From: Callorhinchus milii
Taxonomy: Eukaryota
DNA length: 64,000 bases
Direction of reading: 5' to 3'
Assembly (NCBI RefSeq): GCF_018977255.1
Contig: NW_024704742.1
Coordinates: forward strand, 72,914,001 to 72,978,000
Part shown: positions 1 through 13,569 of the stretch, piece after piece
How positions within the stretch are numbered: the stretch's first letter is position 1
Layout of the letters: every line of letters starts with the position of its first letter
Position numbers and translations under genes: made by a program
Notes under the pieces: model-generated
What the model saw: the letters and a program-made list of their open reading frames with translations, nothing else
Told to the model about the DNA's origin: nothing
Databases searched by the model: none

Positions 1-455
1 ACTCCAGGACCACTGCTGTCCTGATAGAATGTCTGTCAGACATCAAGTCCTGGATGAGAGCTAACTTTCTTCAGTTGAATGTCAACAAGACCGAGGCTCT
101 CCTGATTGGCTCCCATCAGCGCCTCCACATCTCAAGCGCTGACAACATCACCATCCATGGTTCCACACTCCACCTCACGTCTTATTTGACCTTCAACTAT
201 CCTTTATACCCCATATCCATGCCATGACCCGCTCTGCCTTCGACCACCTCCACAACATCACCCGGCTCCACCACTTTCTCACACTGCAGCCCGCCAAGAT
301 GCTCATACACACATTCATAACATCCAGGCTTGACTATGCACCCATCCTCTCCTGACTCCACTGGCTTTCCATCACTCAGAGGATACGGTTCAAGATCATG
401 GTCCTCACCTTCAAAGCCCTCCATGGCCTTGCTCCCCCCTACCTCTGCGACCGCC
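1..455 (+). mobile_element. L2 LINE ORF2 3' fragment, degenerate
   Basis: Encodes [22 protein letters not shown]...RLDY...FKILVLTFKALHGLAP.YL with indels. Confidence 0.85.
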
Positions 456-870
456 TAAGTCAGAAGGTTAAGAGTTTAAGCCCAATTTGGAGTCTGACAA
501 AATAGGTCAATACTGGGGGAATGTTGCACTATTGAAGGTGCTAATCTTTGGATGAGACAGTAAACCGAGATTCTGTCCTTCTGTGCAGATGGATGTTACA
601 GATCCCAAGACTCTATTCAGAAAAGAGTCAGGTTGCCCTGTCCAGCGAATCCTCCAAATTATTTGGCTATTCACTTTATAGCTGTTCAGGGAACTTTATT
701 ATTTTGTGCAAACTAGCTGCTATTTTGCCTATAAATACAGCCACTACACTTGACAGCAATTATGTGAAGTGCTTTGAGACACTTATATAAAATACAAGTT
801 TTTTTTACAGATAAGAATCCTTGTACTACATCGTGTGGAATAACGTTTTCCTACCCTTGCTGTTTTATAG

Positions 871-991
871 TTACAATTTGAAAGATCAGAGGATCAACGG
901 CACGAAACACTGCAGAGTAATTATGATGTGGACTCCGTAGGTCTGGACGAAGAGGAAAATGTCTATGAAATAATGACACACATTCCCAATG
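871..991 (+). CDS. BANK1: BANK1 internal coding exon (phase 0 to 1), LQFERSEDQRHETLQSNYDVDSVGLDEEENVYEIMTHIPN
   Basis: Acceptor tgttttatag and donor g|gtaagc. Open frame with an acidic tyrosine motif typical of the BANK1/BCAP region after the ankyrin repeats. Phase matches the next exon. Confidence 0.8.
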
Positions 992-3256
992 GTAAGCATG
1001 CTCTGAGTCTTCAATTTCCTTAAATGAGCTGTATAACCTAACTTCTTTTCTTTTTCTGTTCCCTTTCTTTAAATCTCTTAAGGCCTCTCCTTATAACCCA
1101 GGCAAGTAGCTGACCATTTTCTGCTGTGTAACTGTTGCAAATGGAATAGTGACCTGGAACTGAGGGTGGGGTGTCCATCTTGCTAAAGACAATGTGCACA
1201 ATGCATAGGGGTCAGGGGTGGGTGGGAGGGATGCGCATACTGTATGATCACTGTAAAAAAAAAAGGCACATTAAATCTTTTCACCAGTAAGGCAGTTCAA
1301 AAAATGTCCAGGCTGGTTAAAAATTAACCAGATTACATCTATTATGATGTGGAAGGAGAATCTGTTATGATGTGGAGAAAGGTCAAGCTTCTGCCTGCAC
1401 CTTCCCCAGCACTAGGATTAGGAACTCAATGTGTCAGGAGTAGAGCACAAACCCACATTTTCCCTGTTTGTCAATACTGCATTGAACATGGATGAGACGT
1501 TCAACCCAGATCTGCTTGCCTGTTTTTAGGTGGACTTTCAAGATCCAATAGAGAGGGAAGTTTCTCCCAGTGCCCGTATCAATGTCCTCCTGATAAATTT
1601 GTTCCTTACCTTCTTGCTGCTTGTGAGATCTTGCTGGTACAAAGAGCTTATAAATTTAGTCACTACATCTGACAGTAGTTACCTGTAAAGTGCTTTGAGA
1701 TCTTTCAATGTGATAAAGCTCCATAATGAATCAAGTCTTCACCCACACACCATCATTAAGTTCTAACACAGGAAATAATGTCAGAAGGGTAAAAGAAGTG
1801 AGAGCCGGCAATGTGCCATAGAACTTGAACAAAAAGCACATTTATTTTTTTAAATCTTGAAGCCAATTCTAACTTGCGTCAATGTAACCAATGATTAATG
1901 TCAGGGCAGGCTATAAAGTTCTACAGTCGGCTGTTTCCAGCAGAAGCTTTAAGATTTGAAATATAAAAGTCTTTCTGTACTAAAATGGTTAAAAATGTAA
2001 AATAGTTATTGTAGTGCATTGCTCAATGCTGTTGTAACCTTTATATGGTTCATGTCAATGGGTTTCCATTACCATGTGCCTTAGAATTTGTACTTATTCA
2101 CTGGCCAGTTCTGTCATTGAAAGTCAATACACCGAAAGATGGAGGGATAGGAGTGTGGATTCGTGCACATGGAAACTTATTGATCTCATTTGTGTCTCTG
2201 TGGGGAGGGAGTCCTGGAGAGACTAAGTCACGGAGATAGAGAGACTCAAATTGAGAGTCACTCCACGCAGCTTTTGTGTGCGATTAGATAGCACTATTAG
2301 TTTGAGCGATGGGAGCAGATTGCTTGCCTGCTTTCTTTGGCAGGAAAAAGGGCATCTGACACAGGGAGACCACCGAATGGCAAGGATAGAAAATAATTAA
2401 TCTTTTACAAATGAAAAAGAACTTTAGCAGAATTATGGTTTTATGACTCACGATAGTTAAACGATCAAAGAGATTACTTGTGCGTAGCCATAAAAGCAGA
2501 CATGCGAATCAACAAGATTAATATACTTTGGCTTCACATTGGTTTGGGAGAGAACTAGGTAAACAGAAGACTTACTGCTGAACCTCCTCAGTTTGCTAAA
2601 AGAGTCAGGTCACTAGACCTAGAGTGGTTTGAAAGCTGTAAAAAAAATACAGCAACGCACTGTGTGAATGGTACTCTACGTGCCTAAGAAAAAGTATGTA
2701 GGCTTGATATTTGTTTTAGTGAACATATTTTGTACATTCAAACATATCAAAAGTCAAAGCGTGTTTAACATATACCATTTGTGGCCGTTTGATGCCTGGC
2801 TGTTTCACTGGCACCAGACGTGACATGCAGATGAGACCACTTTTCCTAATTAAACTGAGAGCTTGTGCTGAGATGACAGAACTGGACAGGAATTTCCTTT
2901 TGGAAGAACTTCCTGTGCTGAGGAGATGCCAAATAGAAACATCTGAAGGAGGCACTTGCAGAACGTGGCTGCACACAAGAGTGAATAGGAACAGGAAAAT
3001 CCATAGAATAAACTGTGTGCAAAGAAAAGCTGAGCTGTGTGTGACTCCTGACATCTGACCACTCAAACATCTAATAACAGCTATGCTGTCCTCAACACTA
3101 AGTCACTGTGTGGTTCAGCTCAATCCGTACCACTAAATTTTCTTTTAAAGTTCACACAAACCCTTCGAGTACTGAGTGGTTTATGTAACATGAAATATTT
3201 ACTTTTTATATAACACTCTCAGCTTTACATTTCTGTCCGAATTCTGTCCAAGGATT

Positions 3257-3690
3257 GTGTCAGCTTGGCTCAGTGGTAGCACTCTCGCATCTGAGTCGGA
3301 AAGTTATGAGTTCAAGTCCCATGTCGGGAACTCATAGTCTAAGCTGACACTCCAATGTAGTTCTGAGGGGGGTGCCTTCCTTCAGATGAGACGTTAAACT
3401 GAGATCCCTTCTGCCTGTTCAAGTGGATGTTAAAGATCCCATGGCACTAATCGAAAAGAGAAGGGAGTTTCACCCAATGACCCCACCAACAAGCCACAAA
3501 TAAAATTGGTCGTTCATTCCATGGATGTATGTGGGACATTGCTATGCGCATAATTGGCTGTCACATTTGCCTGCAAATACACAGTTACTCCATTTTACAG
3601 TAATTCCTGTGAAGTGCTTTGAGAAAATCTTCCAACATGATAAGGCACTATACCAAATGCAGATTACTGTTATTATAATTAATATTATTA
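3257..3690 (+). mobile_element. Older tRNA-headed Deu-domain SINE (SacSINE1/AmnSINE-like). Further copies at ~458-800, 3955-4140, 9136-9565, 15630-15980, 56883-57350 (+) and ~30000-30320 (-)
   Basis: A box tggctcagtggt, B box gttcaagtcc, core gatgttaaagatcccatggcacta..gaagggagtt, Deu-like tgtgggacattgct..gcaattggctg, and an L2-like tail. Confidence 0.8.
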
Positions 3691-4684
3691 ATTCCAATGC
3701 AGTACATCATAGAATAGAGTAGGGGAAAGAGAAGTGACTGAGTGCTGAATACAGATTTGAGGCACATGTTGTGATGTTATAAATTGATAATTAACTTCAA
3801 TGTTCTGGTAATAAATTTAGCCACCCTATAATATTTAGCACATTGACTGCTCCCTAGGTGTATTGGTAGTTGATCTCCCCAACAATTCTCAAATGAAGCA
3901 TCTGAGAAGCTGGTCTTTTGGGTACGGATTTGGTTTTCTTCAGTGAAGCTGGTGGCAGCCTGTCTCAACTGGTAGCACTCTTGCCTCTAAGTCAGAGGTT
4001 TTGAGTTCAAACTCCACATCACAACTTTGAGTTCACAGTCTTAACTGATACTCCAATACAGTGCACAGGGAGCATTTGTCAATGGTGGCATCCTTCATAT
4101 GATATGTTAAACTGAGATCCGGTCTGTCTGTTCAGGTCCACCTCTCTACTTTCCTCACTTCTCTCGAACCCAGGTCTCTTGCTTTTGAGGCTAGTGCTCT
4201 AATCACTAAAGCTACAGGACTCTATACTCTAATCTGCAAGGTGAAAGATCAGTATTAATTAGCACATGGGTGTTAACAAACTGCAACATTTACCCAGTAC
4301 AGGGCACTACTGGTGACAGCCCGGGTCATCAGTAGGACTTGGAAATGCAGACCTGTCTTCGGGGGCAGGGAATCCTTCCACTCAGCTCCTGTTAACCATG
4401 TAAGCGAAAGCCTAACGGGTAGGGGGTCCTTGTTGGACAAGCAGCTGGAAAGCTTGCCAGACCACAATATCAATGCTAACCTATTTGGTTTTATTATTTG
4501 AAGATATTAAATCTAGGTCCAGTCTGCCAGTTCAGATAAACATTAGAGAAAAAGAGAAAGAAATTGAACTCAATGCCTCAGCGAACAACTTGTCTAGTTA
4601 AATTGCTCATTCATCTCATGGCTGTTTGTGGGACATTGCAGTGTACAAATTGACTGCTGCATTCAACTACAAGTACACAGTCAC

Positions 4685-5982
4685 TATGCCCACAGCACGG
4701 AAACAGCCCTGGTCAAAGTCACTGATGACATTCTGAACATCTGTGAACAGGGTTCCCTCTGCCTCCTTGTCCTCCTCAACCTTTCTGCCACCTTTGACAC
4801 TGTCGACCACTCCATCCTCATATACCGCCTCTATTCCTTACTTAATCATCACGGACCTGCCCTTGCCTGGTTCAATTCCTATCTTTCTCACTGTCTCCAC
4901 TTTGTTGCCTCTAACGGTTTCTCCTCCAGCCCCCGCACTGTCACATCTGGCGTCCCCCGGGACTCTGTCCTTGGTCCTCTCCTCTTTAATATCTATATGC
5001 TCCCCCCTTGGTGACATCATCCAGGGACATGGGGTCAACTTCCATATGTATCCGGATGACACCCAACTCTATCTTTCTGCCTCCACCTTCAACTCCAGGA
5101 CCACTGCTGTGCTGACAGACTGCCTGTCGAACATCAAGTCCTGGATGAGAGCAAACTTCCTACAGTTGAATGTGAACAAGACTGAGGCCCTCCTAATTGG
5201 CTCACGCCAGCGCCTCAGCACCTCAGGCTCTGGCAACATCAACCTCCATGGTTGCACACTTCAATTCACCAAGCCAGTCAGGAACCTAGGTGTCTTGTTC
5301 TGCCTTTTCTTCCCCACATCCAAGCCATGACTCGCTCTGCCTTCCCTCACTTCCGTAACATTGCCCAACTCCGCCACTACCTCACCTCTTAGGCCGCTGA
5401 AACTCTTGTTCATGCCTTCATCACTTCCAGGCTCGACTATGAAAACGTCCTGCTTGTCGGCCTTCCCAACTCCTCCCTCCACAGGCTGTAGATAATCCAG
5501 AACTCTGCAGCCCGTGTCCTCTCCCGCACCAAATTCTGTGACCCCCATCTCCCCCATTCTCGCCCGACTCCATTGGCTCTTTATCCTTCAGAGGATCCAG
5601 TTCAAAATCCTAGTCCTCACCTACAAAGCCCTCAATGGTCTCGCCCCACCCTTTCTCTGTGACCTCCTATCCCCCTACCAACCCACCCACTCCCTCTTCT
5701 CAGCTGGCTCTGGCCTGCTCCACATCCCCCGACCCACCCGGCTCACCATTGGTGGGAAAGCTTTCGACCAACCTCTGGAACTCCATCCCCCAATCACTCC
5801 ACCTCGCCCCTTCCTTAGCCTCCTTCAAGTCCTGCCTCAAAACCCTCCTCTTCAACCATGCCATTGGTCACCCCCTCTCCTCCCTGACCCCAGCTCGGGT
5901 CTGAAATCCAGTACACTCTCCAGCGCCTTGGGACGTCCTCCCGACGTGAAAGGCGCTATACAAATGTAATCTTGTTGTTGTT
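4685..5982 (+). mobile_element. 5'-truncated L2 LINE (RT domain to 3' tail)
   Basis: [31 protein letters not shown] and HMY.DDTQLY motifs, frameshifted. Tail aggcgctatacaaatgtaatc(ttg)n. Confidence 0.92.
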
Positions 5983-8280
5983 AAGATAATTTACCGTGAC
6001 ATGCTTTGAGGTACTTCATTCAACATGATAACACTATATCAGATACAAGGATTATTATGATATCAGATTTGCCTACATAATACACATTTGCCCACAACAT
6101 AGTCAAAAAGCTTCAATAAAATCCTTGCTACAAAATAGGTTTAATTGTAAGCATGTGTCATTAAATTACACTTATTATTGAAAGTCATATATTCTGTGAA
6201 GCGCTTTAAGACGTCTCAATGACATGATAAGGCACCATATCAAATGTAAGGATTATTATTATAACAACATTCTGTATTATGTATACGTTGTAGCATCATA
6301 AAAATTGCAGCATTGCGCCATTCTGCCCACCAAGCCCAAGCATTTTATCTCATCCTTCCATAATACCAAACCCATCACCTCCCCATCATAGTATCAAACT
6401 TGCTTCTTAAAATGAGTCACTGTGTCCTGGCCTCCACCTCCTGGGATTCCATTGCTGAAGAGAGGCTGTCAATTAGCTGGTACTAACTCCTCTACTATTG
6501 GCATCTACTCTCATCCCAATTCCCTGCTCTTTCCGCATGTATTTATTGATTTATTTCTGGATCATCATCCCGATTACAATTGAGACAATCATTTGGGTCC
6601 CATCTACCTTGCAATTCATGTGAACATGAATTGATACTTCCTCCCATTTCACACATTTGCTTCCATAACAATATTCACTTCATTTTTAATTAATCTTATT
6701 CTGCAAAGTCCATGGCCTATTTTGTCTGCATTGGTGTAATTTAAATTTACGTTGTTTGACCATTGTTTTCCTGAAAACAGATTCCAAACATTTTTGGAAT
6801 ATAACTCCCAGGTGCTATGACTAGCTTTTGCAATTTAAGTTATGAGGCTGACAGTGAAGATTTCTGTATAGAATAGGTACAGGACATTGGTAGCACAGCA
6901 ACAGACCATATGTACCAGTCAAGTACTGCACTCAATGAAAGTTTTATTTACCCATGTAGATTTTTACTCAGCAGCAAAAATGCAATTATTATTATTAATA
7001 TATATTTCCTATTAGAATCAGCTCCACTAGTGACAATAGAAACTCTTGCAAAACATATTGTAAAAATATTTATTCCACAACAGGTTCTCTGGATAATTAG
7101 TTGAGCCGCAATCCTTGTTCCACAGAAAACTACGACACAGTAGGAGGCTTTATGACCCATTGTATTAGTGTTGGTACATATGGTATGAGAAGCAGAATCG
7201 CCTTCTCATGTCCTAAATTCCTACAAAATCAATTGTAGGATTCAGTAAAGTTTTTTTTGATCAGCTGGGTGTCTGACACATGTGAAACCTATCAACATGC
7301 TTAAGAGTATCCAAACTAAGATGAGATTTCCATGCTTCTACATGTGAAAATTCCAGAGATAGATTGTTGGAATGGAATGTGGCCCTCTCCCAGGAGAGAG
7401 GCATCCTGCTTACCTAATCCCAGAAAATAATAGGTGCAGGTTGGCGAGAGCCAAGGCTTGGGGACCCCAGAGTGTGTGTTGGAGTCTTGCTGACCTTTTG
7501 ACTAAAACAAGTCATTGAGTGCCTAAAGATTCAGTTTTTTATGTAGCAATGGTAGATTAAATTACATCCGTGAAAGGCGCTATACAAATGTAATCTTGTT
7601 GTTGTTGTTCTACATTCCAGTCTTGTGTAGTTTATTAAAAATAAATGTGAATGGTCATTTTCCATCTACGACTGTTTGTGGGACATTGCTGTGCGCAATT
7701 GGCTGCCGCGTTCGCCCACAAATATACGGTCAATTCACTTTACAGTATATTCTGTGAAGCTTGTGTTCTTAGCAACATATGAGAACAGGAACAGGGGGAT
7801 GCTATTTGGCCTAGTGAGTCTATTCCACCAGTTTATTAGGTCTTGACCTTTTATCCCTGCCTTTTCGCCATATCCATTTGTACCTCTACCACCTAAGTTC
7901 ATCTCTCTTTTAAACATCGTTTTTGCTTCCTCTTCTGGAGCATTCCAAATCTCCACAAACCCCTTTGTGAAGAAATGTTTGCTGAACTCAGTGCTGATCA
8001 CCTTGATTTTAAGGCTGTGCCCTTTGTAATGGATTCCTCTACCAAACAGAAGAGTGGTTCAGCCATTATCTAACCTGTTAATTTGTTTCATATCATCCCT
8101 TAACCTTTCAATCATCCATAACAGTTCCCAATTAGTGTGGATAATCTGCTCTTTACTGTATACACATGAAATGTTGACATTTGGTTACAACTTTTACATC
8201 TATTAATCTCTGTCCAATCTTAGTTGAAAGTTCCATGTATTTAACAGTTTATTGTAAAAAACATGTATGTTGCTTAATAA

Positions 8281-9119
8281 CCTGGGTCAATAGAAAAGTA
8301 GGGAAATATTTGCTAAAAATTGCGGGGAAATTTTTGACAAATTTTGCAGAAAACTGTGGCTTAATATTGATGCTATTGAGGTGCATTTTACTGCCAACCT
8401 TTTTTTTAAATTTTGTTGATAAAAACTAAACATAAGGAAATAACACATATTAGATTGTTGCAAAAAAATTAATTACTTCTTTAACATAAACTGGGTAGCC
8501 CTTTTTTTTTGGTGAGGGGAACACAACGAGACTACAGGAGCTTACCACCTCCTGTCTCTCATGGCTGGCACAGCACACAGATTCAGAGAGACACACACCA
8601 CTCACACAGACACGGAGAGACACACATTCTCAGAGACAGAGAAGAGAGACAGACAGACAGACACACACTCAAAGACACAGAGATACATACACACACACAC
8701 ACAGACAGAGGTGAGACACTTACACATTCACACCGAGACACTCAGAAACACACACACACACACGTGCACATTTAGGAGATACACTCAGATGCACTCACAA
8801 ACATACATACAGAGGAGAGACACTCACAAACACACACAGACATACCGTGGAGAGAGAGACACACAGACACTCACAAACACAGAGACACACACAGACACTA
8901 ACAATCACATAAATACACAGACAACAGCGGGAGCTCCAAGTGAAGCCCATTTGCCGGTTGCCCCACACATGTGTCCAGAGCCGCTAGGCCCACAGTGACA
9001 TCAGGTAACCCGCGAGTGGCCCGCGAGCCAGAAACTTAATTTGTAGCGGGTTTGGAGCAGTTGGGGCGTTATGGCGGATTCCGCAGTAAAAGTGCAGCCA
9101 CATTTTCTATTGGCCCAGG
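8281..9119. mobile_element. Non-autonomous DNA transposon / MITE-like element with 17-bp TIRs
   Basis: cctgggtcaatagaaaa (8281-8297) versus ttttctattggcccagg (9103-9119), 16/17 match, flanked by taataa on both sides. Confidence 0.65.
8570..8925. repeat. Degenerate (CA)n/(GA)n compound microsatellite
   Basis: Visible acacac/agagag mosaic. Confidence 0.85.
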
Positions 9120-9618
9120 TAATAACTAAATGGTTTTGACTAGCTCAGTTGGTAGCACTCACGGCTCAGAGTCTAAAGGGTTGTGGGTTCAAGCCCACAT
9201 TGGAACTTTGAACTCATAGAGGCTTGGCTATACGCTAAAGCAATGCTGGGCACTCTGCATTGTCGGAGGGGCCATCCTTTGGAGGATATGTTAAAGTAAG
9301 GTCTTGTCTGCCTGTTGAGCTGTTAAAGATCCCATGGCACTATTCGGAAAGAGACGGGAGTTTCTCATGGTTTCCTGGCTAACAATCCCCCAGATAAAAT
9401 TGGTCTTTCACTTCATGGCTGTTCACGGGATATCCCTGTGAATAAATTGATTGTCGCATTCACCAACAAAATAAACAGTCACTGCATTTTACAGTAAATC
9501 CTGTGAAGCGCTTTGAAACATTCTCCCTTTGTGAAAGGTGTTACATTAAATTCATCCAATATTATTTAAATAGGAAAGAAAGCTGTAATCAACCAGATTT
9601 GTTATAAACTTTCAACAG

Positions 9619-9846
9619 CTAAAGAAAGAAAAGACAACTCAAGTGTGAAAGACATTGAAGAATACGATAATGAGGATATTTACACCTTGGCTTTGGATGA
9701 TGATCCCTACGATATGATTTTACCAGAAGAGAACAGCAATGGGGCAATGAAAAAGGAATCTTCTGCCAATGTTTCAAAAAGACCACCAGCACCTATACCT
9801 CGACCAAGCACACTTCAGTATGGAAATACCCCCTTTATAGCTCAAG
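9619..9846 (+). CDS. BANK1: BANK1 coding exon (phase 1 to 1), AKERKDNSSVKDIEEYDNEDIYTLALDDDPYDMILPEENSNGAMKKESSANVSKRPPAPIPRPSTLQYGNTPFIAQ
   Basis: Acceptor ttcaacag and donor g|gtatgt. YDMIL...RPPAP.PRP...TPFIAQ matches the recalled mammalian BANK1 segment YDMIL...RPPAPTPRP...TPYIAQ. Confidence 0.95.
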
Positions 9847-10999
9847 GTATGTTCCTAACATACACCAGTGTAACATTTAGGCATATTACTTTCAGTCATT
9901 GTTTGGACAATGTGCTTGAAGCGTGGAGTAAAAATATGTACATTTGTGTCTACAAATCTCCACGTGGGAAGTTCCTATTTCCACAAAGCCATTGAGCTAG
10001 TGGAGGTCCCAAAGTAAAGGGAAAATCATTGAGCAACTTCTCTCAGTTGTTCCTATTAAACACTCTGATACCTTGTTCTACATGAAGGGTGCTATATAAA
10101 TGTTATTGTTCACAGATTTCAATGACTAACAAAATAATTATCAAATCCAAGGATTGTTATTATAATGATCAAACCTATTTCATAGAAGTGGTAGTAGAGG
10201 AGACCTTTAGCCTCATCAAGCCTTTTCTAGTGCTTCGTGCTTGACTAAAACTATATTTGGGAATGAACTTTCACTAAAGTATGGTTTCTTCACACTTCTA
10301 ACTCCTGTTAATCCTACAAGTCAGAGCCCAAATGGATAGGGTGTCATGACTAGCATGAGAAGCCCTTTGGCCCATCTGATCCCATCCTTCCAGAATTCTC
10401 ACCCTACTGTTCTTTCATCAAAGCATTGAGCTATTTTTTAAATGACTCTTTAGTCCAGGCCTAAGTAACCCTTCCTGGTAACTTGCCTCATTGGTTAATT
10501 ACCCTCTGGGTAAAGAAAAACTTCCTGGTGTCTGTGCTGAAATTGCCCTTTGCAATTATGAACCTCTGTCCTCTTGTTCTACTGTCTTGGTGCATCCTTA
10601 AGCATTGATCTGGGTTTACCTTTTCAATCCTATTTAAAATTTTAATATACCTCTATAAGGTTCCCTCTGAGTCATCTTCTTTCAACACTTAGGAGCCCTA
10701 GCTTGCTAATCATTCTCCTCTGCACCGCCTTGTAAAGAAACATTCTTATTAATTAATGATGAAATAGTGCATGCAATTTGGATGTTAAACCATTGTTTCC
10801 TTTATTTACAGTTCAACAGTCAATGGTTATTCAGAAAGCATTGAACCACTATCACTAGGCACAATAATCATAGCAACCAGGTTTCAGTGAATAAAGTAGT
10901 GATCAGTTAGCTTTCCATGGGAGAACAGCAATCAGTGGAAGTCAGTCAGATCTACATCTCACTAACACTGATTAAAACTCCCTCTTTTATATCCCAAAA

Positions 11000-12740
11000 G
11001 TCTTAGTTTTAGACATCTGCATGTGCACACCAGCATCATGCAGCAGTCAGCACTTTTAGGCTTCACAAACCATGATAGTCGGTAAAGCAACCTGACAAAA
11101 GTGAATCTTATAACATCCCTGCAGTGCTATAATCATCTGTGAGGAACAAATTGATAACAATTGAATAACAGTGTGCTTGGTGTGCTGTTATGTACATTCC
11201 TGTACTTAGTGAATACAATTCGTGGAGAGGCCTCTAATAGCTCTGCTGTCTGTTATTGTGACTCCACACTGGAGAAAGCTGCGGAGAGACATTCCCTCTG
11301 ACCGAAACTTGGATAAAAATCTAAACAATTTCTACATGCAGAGAGACATGAATCAGAGAAATCATTTGTCCAACTGTCTACGAGAAACATTGCACATGTG
11401 ACAACAGTGTTCTCACCCCAAAATATGCCAATCCCTATTTATTGTATGATACCAAGTGGGGTCAAGAGGTAAAACATTATGTGTGTGGCAAGCCAGGGAC
11501 TATAAAGCATCCTCCAACATCATTCTTTTGACACATTCTCGGGAGATAATTACCTCCTGATTGACCATAAAGCACCAATATCCTCATCTAAGATACAAAC
11601 CATCTGTTGATGAACCCAACCAAGCAAGAGAAGGATAACACTCAAATCCATCACTTCAAGGCAGAGTTGGTACCAGGGTTAGCAGGGACACCAGCTTTCT
11701 TAAAGAATCATCATCCTCTGTGTTATCTCATTCCTTACAACATGCTGTTGTATGTCTTGATGACCTGACCAGAATTGTATGCCATACTCAAGGCCTGACA
11801 GTAGAGTATTATATAGCTTGCTAATGACATCTGTCGATTTGGGCCTAATTTATTCAATGTTATAATAATCCTTGCATTTGATATGCTGGTTATGCTGGTT
11901 AAACTGGCTAAAAATCATCAACACACATTATTTTTTGCCAACCTGCACCTAATGCTTTCTGGGATTAGGTAATGCATTAGGTAATGATGATGGTGCATGC
12001 TTCTGTGGAGAGAGTGAACACCTGTTCTATACAGAGGGAAATATCCAAGCATTTGTGGAACTCTGTTTAGTTTGGATACTCTTACGTACTGCAATGGTTT
12101 CCATTGCCTGTCACAGACACCCAGCTGGCCAAAAAGACACATTAACATGAAAACCCAGCTAGTTGTAGTTAAGACAGCGGTATAATAAAATATATTATTT
12201 GAACAATATATGAATAATATATTGTTCAAATATATTAGAAGAATATATTTTCTCTATTATTCTAAATTAGAACAAGTAACTAATGCAATTTGTTCTATTT
12301 TAGTTGAACATATACACACATACAAATATATATTTTAATTTTCTGTTAGTTGCTAGTAAATCCCATCTTGCCAAGGCAAGGTGTTATTTGAAATCCAATG
12401 TCGCCACCCCTATAATTGTTCAGATTTATATCCAGTTTTCAGTCAAAGAGAATGTCTCTCCGCAGCTTTCTCTAGTGTAGAGTCACAATAACAGACAGCA
12501 GAGCTATTAGAGACCTCTCCATGCTACAAATTGTATTCACTAAGTACAGAAATGTACATAACAGCACATTGTTATCCAACTGTTATCAATTTGTTCCTCA
12601 CAGATGATTATAGCACTACAGGGATGTTATAAGATTCACTTGTGTCAGGTTGCTTTACCTGCTATCATGGTTAGTGAAGCATAAAAATGTTGATTGCTAC
12701 ACTATCCCGATGAGCACATGCAGATGTCTGTAACTAAGAC
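11000..12740. repeat. Long inverted repeat with arms 11000-11330 and 12414-12740
   Basis: The arms are reverse complements over ~330 bp, for example ctctaatagctctgctgtctgttattgtgactc versus gagtcacaataacagacagcagagctattagag. Confidence 0.9.
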
Positions 12741-13569
12741 GTTAATTGAAGTTTTTTGAAAAATGAACTTCAAACTTTAGCCAAAATTCAACTTTGCATT
12801 TAACTTGTGTTTGACTGTTCACAGCATTATGTAGGATGTATCAACACGGAAACAGATCAATAGGCCCAACTGTTCCACACCAGTATTCCTCAAGAGCATC
12901 CACCCTTCCTAATATGTTTTCACAAATCCCTCTGCTCCCTTCTCCCTTGTGTGTGCATCAAGTTTCCTCTTAAACTTGTTGATGCTTTTTGCTTCAACCA
13001 CAGCTTCCAGCATTGAGTTCTGTATTCTCACCACCCACTACTTGAAGTTTCTCCTTAACATCCCTTTGGATTTTCTACTCGCTATCTTCGTTTTGGACTC
13101 ATCAATAAGTGGAAGCAGTCCTTGTTACTACTTGGACATCTTATAAAATCCGTTCAGAATTTGAAACACCTCTATCCCCTCTTAATCGTTTCATCTCTGG
13201 AGAGAAAGCCTCTAACCTGCCAACTCTTACAATGTAAAATTCTGTAACAATCTTGCTGTTTGAACAATGCTATAAATGCAAGTTAAGAAAATTTAAATAT
13301 TAACATTACAATATGGGGTGACCAAGTGTGTAATTTTATGCATAGCAATAATGTACAGAAATCAAAATTATTCTATCATTATGCATCATATCACCCAAAA
13401 GGTTGTCAGTAGTACATTGGTAGAATGTATTTTAATAAATTGTAGAATTAGGGTTCAAATTCATGGAAACATTGCCATTTTATGCATCAATATATTTTTA
13501 AAACATTTAGTAAGCAAAATAAAAGCAGTATCTTAGCTTCACGTTTTTCTTAAACAATTTCAAAAGTGA

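Noticed and set aside
6781..6811. Possible extra BANK1 micro-exon (aaaacag|...ccag|gtgcta)
   Set aside because: At 31 nt it breaks the phase between exons 871-991 and 9619-9846, the donor is weak and there is no homology. An unrecognised small exon elsewhere in this intron cannot be excluded.
8509..8998. His/Thr/Arg-rich ORFs
   Set aside because: These are translations of a CA/GA microsatellite.
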